In this document: piece after piece, positions 30,833 to 39,804 of the stretch
How the letters are laid out: each line of letters begins with the position of its first letter
Position numbering within the stretch: the stretch's first letter is position 1
NCBI GenBank assembly: GCA_963749495.1
Contig: CAVVMW010000014.1
Location: forward strand, 576,001-640,000
Reading direction: 5' to 3'
From: an uncultured bacterium
Lineage (GTDB): Bacteria; Verrucomicrobiota; Verrucomicrobiia; Limisphaerales; UBA8199
Length of the DNA: 64,000 nt
The notes under the pieces: model-generated
The model's input: only the letters and a program-made list of their open reading frames with translations
What the model was told of the DNA's origin: nothing
Databases searched by the model: none
Translations under genes and position numbers: made by a program

Positions 30833-31204
30833 TCACGGCTTCAAAAGAGCTTGGAACTCGCGAAAGCCCTCCTGAATGGCGGCATGGCTCTGTGCTTCCA
30901 TCCGATGATACAACGCCACCACCTTCTGTCCCATCTTGGTTAAGACCGCTCCGCCGCCGCCCTTGCCCCCGCGCTTGGTGACTACCACAGGTGAGCGAAA
31001 CCGCCCATTAAGAGTCCTCACATGCATCCACACCGTCATATAGGCCATGCCCATTTGGGCTGCCGCCGACCGCAAACTGCCCGTCTCCCCGATCAGTTCA
31101 AGCAACTGAACGCGGCCCGGCCCCAAAGCCGCGTCCCGGCCGCACATCACCCGCAACCGGGGAAGCACCGACGCCGGCAAAGCAACGCATTTCTTCTTCC
31201 GCAT
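30833..31204 (-). CDS. modE: ModE-like winged-helix regulator (N-terminal domain only, no TOBE/Mop domains)
   Basis: LGPGRVQLLELIGETGSLRSAAAQMGMAY..W..RGGKGGGGAVLT. Confidence 0.85.
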   Translation of the reverse strand: MRKKKCVALPASVLPRLRVMCGRDAALGPGRVQLLELIGETGSLRSAAAQMGMAYMTVWMHVRTLNGRFRSPVVVTKRGGKGGGGAVLTKMGQKVVALYHRMEAQSHAAIQEGFREFQALLKP

Positions 31205-31265
31205 AACGCTCGAACGCATGATGGGGTTGAGCTTCGCTCGAAGGCGAACCTTTTTACAGCACCCT

Positions 31266-31460
31266 TTAGCCACTTCGCCGCGAGAAAAGGACCACGAAGA
31301 TCCAGGCTTCCGGGAAGATCGGGTTGGTAGCCAGCCGACGCGCCGGGAAATCCCAGACCTGAATGGTCCCGTTCGCGTTGCCGAGGGCCAGCCAACAACC
31401 GTCTCTCGAAAGGTCGATACTCGAATGGTTGGTCTCCAAGATGAAAGGAAAATGGCAGGG
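31266..31460 (-). pseudogene. Isolated WD40-repeat fragment
   Basis: SIDLSRDGCWLALGNANGTIQVWD..FVVLFS is a single WD40-like unit with no full gene around it. Confidence 0.5.
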
Positions 31461-31624
31461 TGCTGGAACAGCAGCGTGAACATCCCGCCGGGTATTCTCG
31501 TCAAATCTGACCAGGCACCATGAACGAACCAGTCGCCATTCCACAAGTCGGGCCGAGGAGGGCCGAACGATTGACCCGGGAACACCAAAGGTAAACACCA
31601 ACGCCATCAAAGGAACCAACACAA

Positions 31625-33781
31625 ATGAACTTTCGATCAAGCAATTGGCTCAAGGCCTGCGTGGCCACGTCGCCCTTTTTGCTGGCCGCCTTCATGGAGG
31701 CGGCAGACCAGCCCCCCAAGGTCGCCCAGATCAATGCTCCGCCGGAAACCAAGGCGGCCATGATGGAGTTGTGGCGCCGGGGTGAATGCCAGCTCAGCGC
31801 CGTTTATCTGCCGGCCGAGAAGCGCTCACCGGTGCCTGCCAATATCGGTGCGACGCCGGTGATCACGCCGCGCCTCTACAACACCAAAGGCGCGATCTTG
31901 TGCTATGCCGTCAACGGCCAGAGAATTTGGGCAGCCGACAACCTGGCCCTTTACCAGATTGATGCGGCCAGCGGGAAGGAAATCAGGCGGTTTGCGGCTA
32001 GGGAGGGGTTGCCCGGCGAGACGGTCCAGTCCATGGTGGCGACCGGCGACATGGTTTGGCTGGCAACGCGCGGTGGTCTGGCGAGGCTTTCGGTTCAGGC
32101 GGGGACAATCGCACCGGTGCCGGAGGTGCACTGTATGCTGGGGCGATTGGCCGCCGGCTCAAACGGCGTCTGGCTCATCGGCGATGGGGGCGCGTACCAC
32201 TTGTTGCCGGGAGAAGCGAAGTGGAAGCAGCTCCCGCTCTTCCCAGGTCAGCCGGAGCTGGCCGGGATGGCCCGCCGGGGCTTTTGGTCGGCGCTCTGGC
32301 GCGATAAGCTGCAGGCGGCGCTGCCCCAGGCAACCGCTACTGCGGATGGCTTTCATGCCCTCTGCTTCGACAACCTGATTCGGTTTGATACGTCTTCGGG
32401 AACCTGGACGACCATCGCCCGGCAGGCCTCGCAATTTGTGCCGGGACAAAACGCGGTCTGGTGCCTGACTACGGGGGGCTTGCTGCGATCGCAACCAGGC
32501 GAGGCCAAGCCGACGGTCTATGCGCCGGGCCAGGGGCTTGCAGCTGGGCGGCTGGTAGGCCTGGCCGTGACCGGACAGGCGGTCTGGGTCCTCAGCGAGC
32601 CGGACTACGATGCCGCCGCGCAGCGATATGTCGGTGGTGGGATCAGCCGGTTCGAGTTGGCCGGCAACACATGGACGGTGACGGAAAAAGTCAACGAGAT
32701 GGACATCCGCTTCGCCACCGCCATTGCAGCCCAGCGCAACGAGGTCTGGGTCGCCTGCAGTCTCTATGACAAGGTCGAGGAGTTTTCCGCGCATCCAGGC
32801 ATGGCGCACGTCAAGCGGTGGTTGCCCCACCGCACCGGCATCGGTTTGCTGCACTATCGCGCCGGAGCCTGGACGCTGTTGCGCGGGGAAAACCTGAAGA
32901 CGGAGAAGCGTTGGGTGCTTGGCCAAGCTGGAGAGGTTGCAGCCGATCTGCTCGGTCCCCAGAGTGTGGAGCGGCTGTGTGCGGCGGGGGAGCGTGTTTG
33001 GGGTGAATATCGGATCGCGGGTGAGAAGTACTATGGCGGCTACTATATCTCCGCTGGTTGTCTTGCGGAGACGGCAGCGAGCGGACCCAGGAGCGTGTTT
33101 GACGTGCGAAGCGGGGAACTGGGCCTGGCGGGTGAGCAGCCGGAGCTGCTCCTGATTTCCCTCTCGCACGGCGAGATCGTCCGGGGCGAGGGACAACCAG
33201 TCATCCTGGGCATGGAAAACCCTGCCGGCCGGGTGTGCGTCATTACGGAAAGCGGCGTGTATTTCTTCGATGAGAATTCTGGCAAGTTCCAACCGGCCAT
33301 GCGCGAGCCTTTCCGGGCCTACTGGCATGTGACCACGGCGGTGCCCGGAACGGATGGCGCATGGTTTGGTGGCGACGCGGGCACGATCAGCCGCCTGGAC
33401 CGTGCCACCGGCCGGCTCGATCTGGTGGGCGTGATGAAGGGACGGAAGATCACCGCGATGGCCAGGACAGATGACGGGATCGCGGTGAAGACGGAGAAGA
33501 CCGAGGCCGTGCTGCCGGCAAGCCTTAGCGACGCCCCCCAGATTCCGGCGGCCGATGTGGTCGCCTGGGATGGCAAGGCTTGGAAGACTGCCACGCTGGG
33601 CGTCGAGCCCACCCCGTCCGAGTTCCAGTTCGAGAAGGACAGCAGTTACCTCGCGAAGGCCGGCCATCGCGTGGCGTTCATCAAGGGTGTCTTCCGCCCT
33701 ACCGTGCTCTGTGAGGATAAAGCCGGCGGGCTGCTCTGGTTCGCAGCCTACAACAGCATCGGGGCGGTCCCTCTGCCATGA
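31625..33781 (+). CDS. Large secreted beta-propeller-like hypothetical protein
   Basis: Signal-like N-terminus; repeated GLP..V..VWLAT.GGL / WFGGDAG blade motifs. Confidence 0.65.
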   Translation: MNFRSSNWLKACVATSPFLLAAFMEAADQPPKVAQINAPPETKAAMMELWRRGECQLSAVYLPAEKRSPVPANIGATPVITPRLYNTKGAILCYAVNGQRIWAADNLALYQIDAASGKEIRRFAAREGLPGETVQSMVATGDMVWLATRGGLARLSVQAGTIAPVPEVHCMLGRLAAGSNGVWLIGDGGAYHLLPGEAKWKQLPLFPGQPELAGMARRGFWSALWRDKLQAALPQATATADGFHALCFDNLIRFDTSSGTWTTIARQASQFVPGQNAVWCLTTGGLLRSQPGEAKPTVYAPGQGLAAGRLVGLAVTGQAVWVLSEPDYDAAAQRYVGGGISRFELAGNTWTVTEKVNEMDIRFATAIAAQRNEVWVACSLYDKVEEFSAHPGMAHVKRWLPHRTGIGLLHYRAGAWTLLRGENLKTEKRWVLGQAGEVAADLLGPQSVERLCAAGERVWGEYRIAGEKYYGGYYISAGCLAETAASGPRSVFDVRSGELGLAGEQPELLLISLSHGEIVRGEGQPVILGMENPAGRVCVITESGVYFFDENSGKFQPAMREPFRAYWHVTTAVPGTDGAWFGGDAGTISRLDRATGRLDLVGVMKGRKITAMARTDDGIAVKTEKTEAVLPASLSDAPQIPAADVVAWDGKAWKTATLGVEPTPSEFQFEKDSSYLAKAGHRVAFIKGVFRPTVLCEDKAGGLLWFAAYNSIGAVPLP

Positions 33782-35469
33782 ATCGTCTTTTCCATCTCCT
33801 CACGGTCATCATCACTGGCGCAACCGTGCTGGCGCTGGAAGTGCTGGGCACGCGTGTCATCGGCACCTACTACGGCAGCAGCCTCTACGTCTGGGCCGCC
33901 TTGCTCTGCACCACCCTGGTCTGTCTGGCGCTGGGTTACGCCGTGGGCGGGCGCTTGGCAGATCGGCTGCCTAGCCCCAGGACCATGTATGTCATTGTGC
34001 TCCTGTCGGGCCTGGCCATCTGGCTGGTGCCGCGGTTGACGGGGGTGCTGGCGCCGCTGGGCGAACGGCTGGGTTTGGCTTGGGGGGCGATGGCCAGCGC
34101 CTTCGTGATCTTTTTCCTGCCATTGACGCTGCTGGCGATGATGAGCCCTTACGTCATCCGTCTGCGCGCGCCGAAGGTGGAGGGCGTGGGAGCCACCAGC
34201 GGCCTGGTCTATGCCCTGAGCACCGTGGGCAGTGTGGCCGGCGTGCTCCTGGTCGGCTTTGTGATGATCCCAACACTGGGAACGACACGCTCGCTGAGCG
34301 CATGTTCGGGCGCGATGATCGCGCTGGGCGCGGTCGGGTTGGCGTTCTCGTGGCGCGCCGGAGGTTGGGCGATCATCCTGCTCGTCCTGCCTCTCGCCTT
34401 CCGCCCGGCGCACGTTCCAGTCCCCGGCGAGATCTACCATGCGGAAAGCCCCTACGGCGAGTTGCGGGTCATCAACAACCTCCGCGACCGCCACCGCATG
34501 CTCATGGTCAACGGCGTCATGCAGACGGGCCTGCCGTTGGACATGGACCTGTTAGGCCGGGCCGCGGCCCTTAAGACCGACAGCTACTACCTGGAACTGC
34601 TGCCCTATTACTTTTCAGACCTCGCCGCTGGGCGCCAGGGCATCCTGATTGGCCTCGCTGGCGGCATGTTCCCTCGCGTCATGGAGATGTACGACGTTGA
34701 TTTGACCGCGGTCGAGCTCGACGTGAAAGTCGCCGAACTGGCCAAGGCCTACTTTGGCTATCGCGGCGAGATTCGCCTGTCCTCCGGCCGGCGGCTCGAC
34801 TTGGACGTGTCGCGATTTCCCAACCGCCAGTCGCCGGCCATGCACCAGCATCTTGACCAAGCCACACCTGAGCACCGCGCCGAGCACGAATCGCCAGGCC
34901 CCTACCACGGCCGTGCTTTGATCCAGGACGGACGGCAATACCTAGCGAGCCACCCGGTTCGCACCGATTTCATCGTGGTCGATGCCTACAACTCGGACAC
35001 CATTCCTTTTCATCTCATCACGCGCGAGTTTTTCCGACTGGTCAGGAGCCGATTGGTGGACGACGGCGTTCTGGCCATCAATTACATTGGCCGCCCCGCC
35101 GGCGATTTCGTCACCGACTCTCTCTTCCGGACGCTGCGGGATGTCTTCGGCAAGGACATGATCCGCGCCTACCGCACTCTCGACAACGACAAGCCGGTCC
35201 AGGTCATCATCGTGTTCGCGTTTATGCGGGAGAAACCGCTCTTGCCGCTGTGGAGAGATTCCTCGAGCGGCCCCGGAACCGACAAGCTCAGCTATGAACT
35301 GGCTCGGCGTGAGCTTGTGCCCGACCCCGCGCGCGGGATTGTGATTACGGATGATCTCAACCCGATCGACCTGGCACGGTGCGGCACGGCCTTGGAGTGG
35401 CGCGTGCAGACAATGCTGGCGACGCGTTCCTCGCCAACGCCTCAGCAATCAGGGCTGCTGGAACCATGA
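33778..35469 (+). CDS. Fused MFS-like membrane domain / spermidine synthase-like protein
   Basis: LALEVLGTR..GSSLYVW..LSTVGS; ESPYG, IGLAGG, VELD, DGRQYL, VVDAY..IPFHLITREFF, ITDD. Confidence 0.88.
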   Translation: MNRLFHLLTVIITGATVLALEVLGTRVIGTYYGSSLYVWAALLCTTLVCLALGYAVGGRLADRLPSPRTMYVIVLLSGLAIWLVPRLTGVLAPLGERLGLAWGAMASAFVIFFLPLTLLAMMSPYVIRLRAPKVEGVGATSGLVYALSTVGSVAGVLLVGFVMIPTLGTTRSLSACSGAMIALGAVGLAFSWRAGGWAIILLVLPLAFRPAHVPVPGEIYHAESPYGELRVINNLRDRHRMLMVNGVMQTGLPLDMDLLGRAAALKTDSYYLELLPYYFSDLAAGRQGILIGLAGGMFPRVMEMYDVDLTAVELDVKVAELAKAYFGYRGEIRLSSGRRLDLDVSRFPNRQSPAMHQHLDQATPEHRAEHESPGPYHGRALIQDGRQYLASHPVRTDFIVVDAYNSDTIPFHLITREFFRLVRSRLVDDGVLAINYIGRPAGDFVTDSLFRTLRDVFGKDMIRAYRTLDNDKPVQVIIVFAFMREKPLLPLWRDSSSGPGTDKLSYELARRELVPDPARGIVITDDLNPIDLARCGTALEWRVQTMLATRSSPTPQQSGLLEP

Positions 35470-35471
35470 GT

Positions 35472-35650
35472 ACCGCATAGAGCCTTTGCTGGCCCTCCTT
35501 CTCCATTTCCAGCAGCCCCGCCTCTTTCAGAATCCGCAGGTGCTTCGACACGTTGTATTGCGACATCTCCAGGCGCTCCGAGATTTGATTCACCCCCAGT
35601 TGCTCCCTCAGCACCAACCCCACGATATGCACGCGGTTCAACTCACCCAA
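35472..35650 (-). pseudogene. Truncated duplicate of the ArsR gene at 26313..26618
   Basis: About 180 bp closely matching 26404..26581; lacks both the N-terminal helix and the Cys-Cys tail. Confidence 0.85.
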
Positions 35651-35671
35651 CCATGAAGCCTCCGTTCCTCA

Positions 35672-36163
35672 TCAAATTGATGAGCGCCGCTCAAAACGTC
35701 CGTCAGCGAGAACGGCTTTGGTGTCCTTGCCATCGAGCCAGCCGACACGGCCTGCTTTGAAGCAGTCAAAAGCGGGCACGTAAGGTTTGATGTCCAGCAA
35801 AGGCGTCTCGTCCAGAATATCCACCTCGCCAATCCGAAGCCGGTTTCCATCAACGCCCAACAGCCGCACGCTTGACAGGCCAATTGCATTGGGCCGGCAG
35901 GGCGAGCGCGTGGCGAAAACGCCACGCTCCTGCTGTTCCAGGAACGGCTTCACCACCAACTGGGCAGGCGTCGTCCGATCAAACCAATAGACCAGCCAAA
36001 TCCGCTCGAATCCCTCCAGGTCTCGCAGACCGGGAGCGAACTCCGCAAATACCTCCACCCAACCTTCGGCGCCTTTGGCCATGGCACTTTGAATTGGGGT
36101 GCCGACGGCTTTCTGAAACGGAGAATGGATGATCCCGATGGGTTTAAGAATCAAGTCGCTCAT
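35672..36163 (-). CDS. tsaA: TsaA/TrmO-family SAM-binding (tRNA m6t6A methyltransferase-like) protein
   Basis: PIGIIHSPF..GVFATRSPCRPNAIGLS..DILDETPLLDIKPY. Confidence 0.9.
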   Translation of the reverse strand: MSDLILKPIGIIHSPFQKAVGTPIQSAMAKGAEGWVEVFAEFAPGLRDLEGFERIWLVYWFDRTTPAQLVVKPFLEQQERGVFATRSPCRPNAIGLSSVRLLGVDGNRLRIGEVDILDETPLLDIKPYVPAFDCFKAGRVGWLDGKDTKAVLADGRFERRSSI

Positions 36164-36180
36164 TGCGGCCTCAACACGCG

Positions 36181-37622
36181 TTAGCGTTCAACGTGCCGAC
36201 CTGAAGCCCTGTTGGCCGGCGTTGCGCCAGCGGGCAGGCTTGCGGCGTTCGCGGTTATTTTCAAAGCCTTCAGCTTCCGAAAGAGCGTGCTGGGATTGAT
36301 GCCCAATTCCTTTGCGGCCTTCTGCCGGTTGCCGCCGTTCCGGCGCAGCGCGTCCGAAATCAGCAGCCTTTCCATCGATTCGAGCGTGGTGGCCTTTCCC
36401 AAACGCAACGCCTCGCCCAGGGCGCCGCCGCGCAGGCCCGGCGGCAGGTGTTTCACCTCGATCACCCCTCCCTGGCACAACACGAAGGCATGCTCGATAA
36501 TATTCTCCAACTCCCGCACGTTGCCGGGAAAGTCATGCTCCATCAGCCGGGCCAGCACCTCGTCAGAGACTCCCGCGATGTCTTTGCCCTTGAGCCGATT
36601 GAACCGCGCGATGAAATGGTCGATGAGCAGGGCAATGTCCTCCCGGCGGTCCCGCAGGCTGGGCAATTCAAGCCGGATGACGTGAATCCGATAAAACAGG
36701 TCTTCGCGAAACCGGCCCTGTTCCACCAGCTTGCTCAAGCTCTTGTTGGTGGCGGCGATGACGCGCACGTCGGTCTTTACCGGTTCCACCCCGCCCAGAG
36801 GCTCATAAATCCGCTCCTGCAGCACGCGCAATAGCCGCGCTTGCATAGCCGGCGAAATGTCGCCTATCTCATCGAGGAGAATCGTCCCACCCTCCGCCAG
36901 CGCAAACCGGCCCGGCTTGTCGCGCCGGGCGTCCGTGAATGCGCCGGCTTTGTAGCCGAAAAGTTCTGATTCCAAAAGATTATCGGGCAGCGCCCCGCAG
37001 TTGATGGCCACAAATCGCTTTGCACGCCTCCGAGACAGGTTGTGTACGGCGCGGGCAAAGAGCTCCTTGCCTGTGCCGCTGGCCCCCTCGATGAGCACCG
37101 CGCTGTCGCTCTCGGCGATCTGCGGCAGGATCTCGAAAAGCTGCCGCATGGCCCCACCGCGCCCGATGATGTCCGAAAAAGAGTTCTGCTGCTGCAACTC
37201 GCGGTGAAGCTCCTCGACCAGGCGCAAGTCGCGAAAGCTCTCCACCCCGCCAATAATCCGGCCGCGCTCATCCTTCAAAGCCGCCGTGGAAATGCTGATG
37301 GGAATTTTCTGTCCGCGCGCGTCCACGATGTAAACCACCCGGTTGACCACCCGGCGGCTGGTGGACAGGGTCTGCTTTAGCGCACAGGCGTTCTCACATA
37401 TACTGGCGCGAAACACGTCGCAGCAGCGGCGGCCCACCGCGTCGGCGCGTTTGATCCCGGTGATCTGCTCGGCCGCGCGGTTGAAAAAGGTCACGCGCCA
37501 CTCAGCATCCACCGTGAACACGCCATCCGGGACATAATCCAGCAGATTGTCCAACATCCCTCGCAGCTTACGCCGCTGACGACTTTGAGGCCAGCACCAA
37601 GAAACTCCCGCACTGAGGACAT
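36181..37622 (-). CDS. Sigma54 enhancer-binding protein, PAS-AAA+-Fis HTH, OrpR-like
   Basis: PAS with C-X8-C-X3-C (CCDVFRASICENAC), GASGTGKE, GAFTDA, LLDEIG, FREDLFYR, HTH. In-frame Met at 37557; ATG 37622 would need one extra G. Confidence 0.9.
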
Positions 37623-38471
37623 TTAGGAAAAAATCATGCACGAGCCCGTAGCCCAATCTGAGCATCGCCCCGGAAAGGAGGTCCATAATTGCGCCACCGC
37701 CGCCAGGCCCGTACAGTGGCCGACAGCGACCCGTTGGACATCCCACCGGCGAAAGGCTGCGAGGGTTCGTTTCAGCCGTTCCGGACTGGCATCGATCAGG
37801 TGCAATCCGCCCAAAAGGGCGTGGATGGGCCGGCCACCTGTGATTTGGCGGATATAGTCCACCGTATTCACAACGCCGGCATGAGCGCACCCCAGGATTA
37901 CCACCAAGCCCGGAGGCGTATCAAAGAACAGGGCCTGGTCGTCCAATAGCGGGTCGGGCTGATTGCAGCCTTCGTCCAGAAAGAAACGTCCGCCCGTATC
38001 CTCGAAGTCAGTGCAGCGCGGGATTTCACCGGTAACGAAGATGCCTTCCACCATCTCGGTGGGTTTCAGGGTCCACACGACAGAGTTCTGGGATTGGCGG
38101 ATGAATTGCGCGTCGATCTCCGCCATTCCCACCGGCCAACTGTCGTGGTCAGGGTCCTCAGTCTCCTGGGCGAACTTAGGTGTCAAGGCGGCCGGGTGCA
38201 CGTAAAGTCGCGCCTTGGGGGCCAGGCCTCGAAGCGGTCCCAATCCCCCCGTATGGTCATAATGGCCATGACTCAAGGCGACAGCCTCCACGTTTTCCAG
38301 GTCCAGGCCGAGCGTGTGCGCGTTTTTCACAATCAGGTCGCTTCGGCCGGTATCGAACAACAGGCGGTGCCGGCCTGTTTTGATGAAAAAAGCCAGGCCA
38401 TGCTCCGCCTGCAGGTCGGGCCCGTGCACGCAGTTGTCGACCAACGCAGTCACACAAATAGCGTCACTCAT
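37623..38471 (-). CDS. Metallo-beta-lactamase-fold hydrolase (COG1237-like)
   Basis: AEHGL..LFDTG..SHGHYDHTGG..GCAHAG..GGLHL..GHCTG. Confidence 0.9.
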   Translation of the reverse strand: MSDAICVTALVDNCVHGPDLQAEHGLAFFIKTGRHRLLFDTGRSDLIVKNAHTLGLDLENVEAVALSHGHYDHTGGLGPLRGLAPKARLYVHPAALTPKFAQETEDPDHDSWPVGMAEIDAQFIRQSQNSVVWTLKPTEMVEGIFVTGEIPRCTDFEDTGGRFFLDEGCNQPDPLLDDQALFFDTPPGLVVILGCAHAGVVNTVDYIRQITGGRPIHALLGGLHLIDASPERLKRTLAAFRRWDVQRVAVGHCTGLAAVAQLWTSFPGRCSDWATGSCMIFS

Positions 38472-38535
38472 GGGCTCCCAAGGTTAGAGGAACATGGCTG
38501 AGTGGGCCTGAGAGCAGGCATCATGCGGATGCAAA

Positions 38536-38551
38536 AGCAGTAATTGTGCCG
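38536..38551 (-). promoter_or_regulatory. Putative sigma54 -24/-12 promoter
   Basis: CGGCACAATTACTGCT (GG-N10-GC) 65 bp upstream of the MBL gene. Confidence 0.6.
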
Positions 38552-38692
38552 AAGCGGCCCGGGAGCCAGGGTTGGTGACTGTTCGCGCCCGCTCACAGGA
38601 GCACGCACACCTCGTCCGCGCGTTCTTGGCAACCACCGGCCTGCGGACCGGGTGCCGTGCCCCTCTACGGCATCGCTGTTCAAGTTCGAGGA

Positions 38693-38737
38693 TTGCAAAA
38701 TGCCACTGTTGGCCTTGCTGAGAATTGCACTTTGCAA
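38693..38737. promoter_or_regulatory. Paired enhancer sites TTGCAAAATGCCA and TTGCACTTTGCAA, 32 bp apart
   Basis: Same motif and same 32-bp spacing as at 20445/20477. Confidence 0.7.
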
Positions 38738-38999
38738 CGGATTTGGATGGGCTTCTTCCCCTCCTTTTGGCCCGCCCCACTCCGCATGGTCCGTCGCGAG
38801 TTGGGGAGATTGCCTGGACCGTGCTCTGGTTTTCTTGCACATCCGAGGTGGGATTCAGTGCCGAAGGGATCAGAACGCCGGTCACTTGCCAGGCTGCCTC
38901 TGCCGCTCGTCCCTAAATTCTAGCCGCTGGTCCCTAAGCTCCGGCCAATCGCTCCTTCTGCGGGAGGCCATGGCGTCTCCCGGGGACATGGCTGACTCT

Positions 39000-39107
39000 G
39001 GTCACGATTCGACCGTGACCGCCCTCCATGACGACTCAAATGGGCCGAAAGCCTGGGAAAGAGGGCGAAGCAAAAGAGCGTGTCGCAAGGCGGGCACACA
39101 ACCTGCT
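39000..39107 (+). promoter_or_regulatory. Candidate promoter of the Hzs-like operon: 7-7-7 palindrome plus sigma54-like element
   Basis: GGTCACG-N7-CGTGACC 39000-39020; GGGCACACAACCTGCT (GG-N10-GC) 39092-39107. Confidence 0.4.
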
Positions 39108-39168
39108 CTCTGCCTTGGCAGCAAGCCCGTGTTCCGACAACGGCTCATTCAACCGCGACGACCTAATC

Positions 39169-39804
39169 ATGCCATCGACAAGACCAGCCGTGCGTGCCGC
39201 CTGCGCCAGAGCCCAGCCGAGCGCTGACGTTCGGCCCAGTGCGGGACCCCCAATCATTTACTCCGAGGCGGAGAGGGCCGAGCGCCGGGCCTTAGGTCTG
39301 CCGCCTTGCGGACCGGCAGCCTCCGGGCAGCTTCAGACTGAAGCTTGCCTCAACCACTCGCCCATTCGGAAGCGTGCCATCCGTGCGCCGGGCGTTCTGA
39401 ACGAGGCGTCCGTCTATGGAAGCGCCTTCTCGCGTGGGCTGCGCGTGGACTTGCCCGGCGGCATCACGCACTTGCTCATCAGCGGCACCGCCAGTGTGGG
39501 AGAAGAGGGCCAGACCGTCCATCCCGGCGACTTCCGGGCTCAACTGTGGCGGACGTATCGGAACATCACGGAGTTGCTCAAGAGTGAAGGAGCCACCTGG
39601 CACGACGTCGTCCGGACGACCTGCTACCTCCGCGACATCGAGCGCGACTACGCGGAGTTTAACAGCATACGCAATGAATTCTTCAGGGCGCTGGGCCTCG
39701 ACCCTTTCCCCGCCAGCACCGGAGTTCAGGCGCGCATCTGCCGCAGCGATTTGTTGGTGGAAATCGAGGCGATGGCCATTCTCTACAGAGGGGCAGACAA
39801 ATGA
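39169..39804 (+). CDS. Rid (YjgF/YER057c) family protein, FkbO/Hyg5-like C-terminal type
   Basis: SAFSRG..LLISGTASV..FPASTGVQARICRSDLLVEIEA; lacks the RidA PAR arginine; start uncertain (39028 or 39169). Confidence 0.8.
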   Translation: MPSTRPAVRAACARAQPSADVRPSAGPPIIYSEAERAERRALGLPPCGPAASGQLQTEACLNHSPIRKRAIRAPGVLNEASVYGSAFSRGLRVDLPGGITHLLISGTASVGEEGQTVHPGDFRAQLWRTYRNITELLKSEGATWHDVVRTTCYLRDIERDYAEFNSIRNEFFRALGLDPFPASTGVQARICRSDLLVEIEAMAILYRGADK

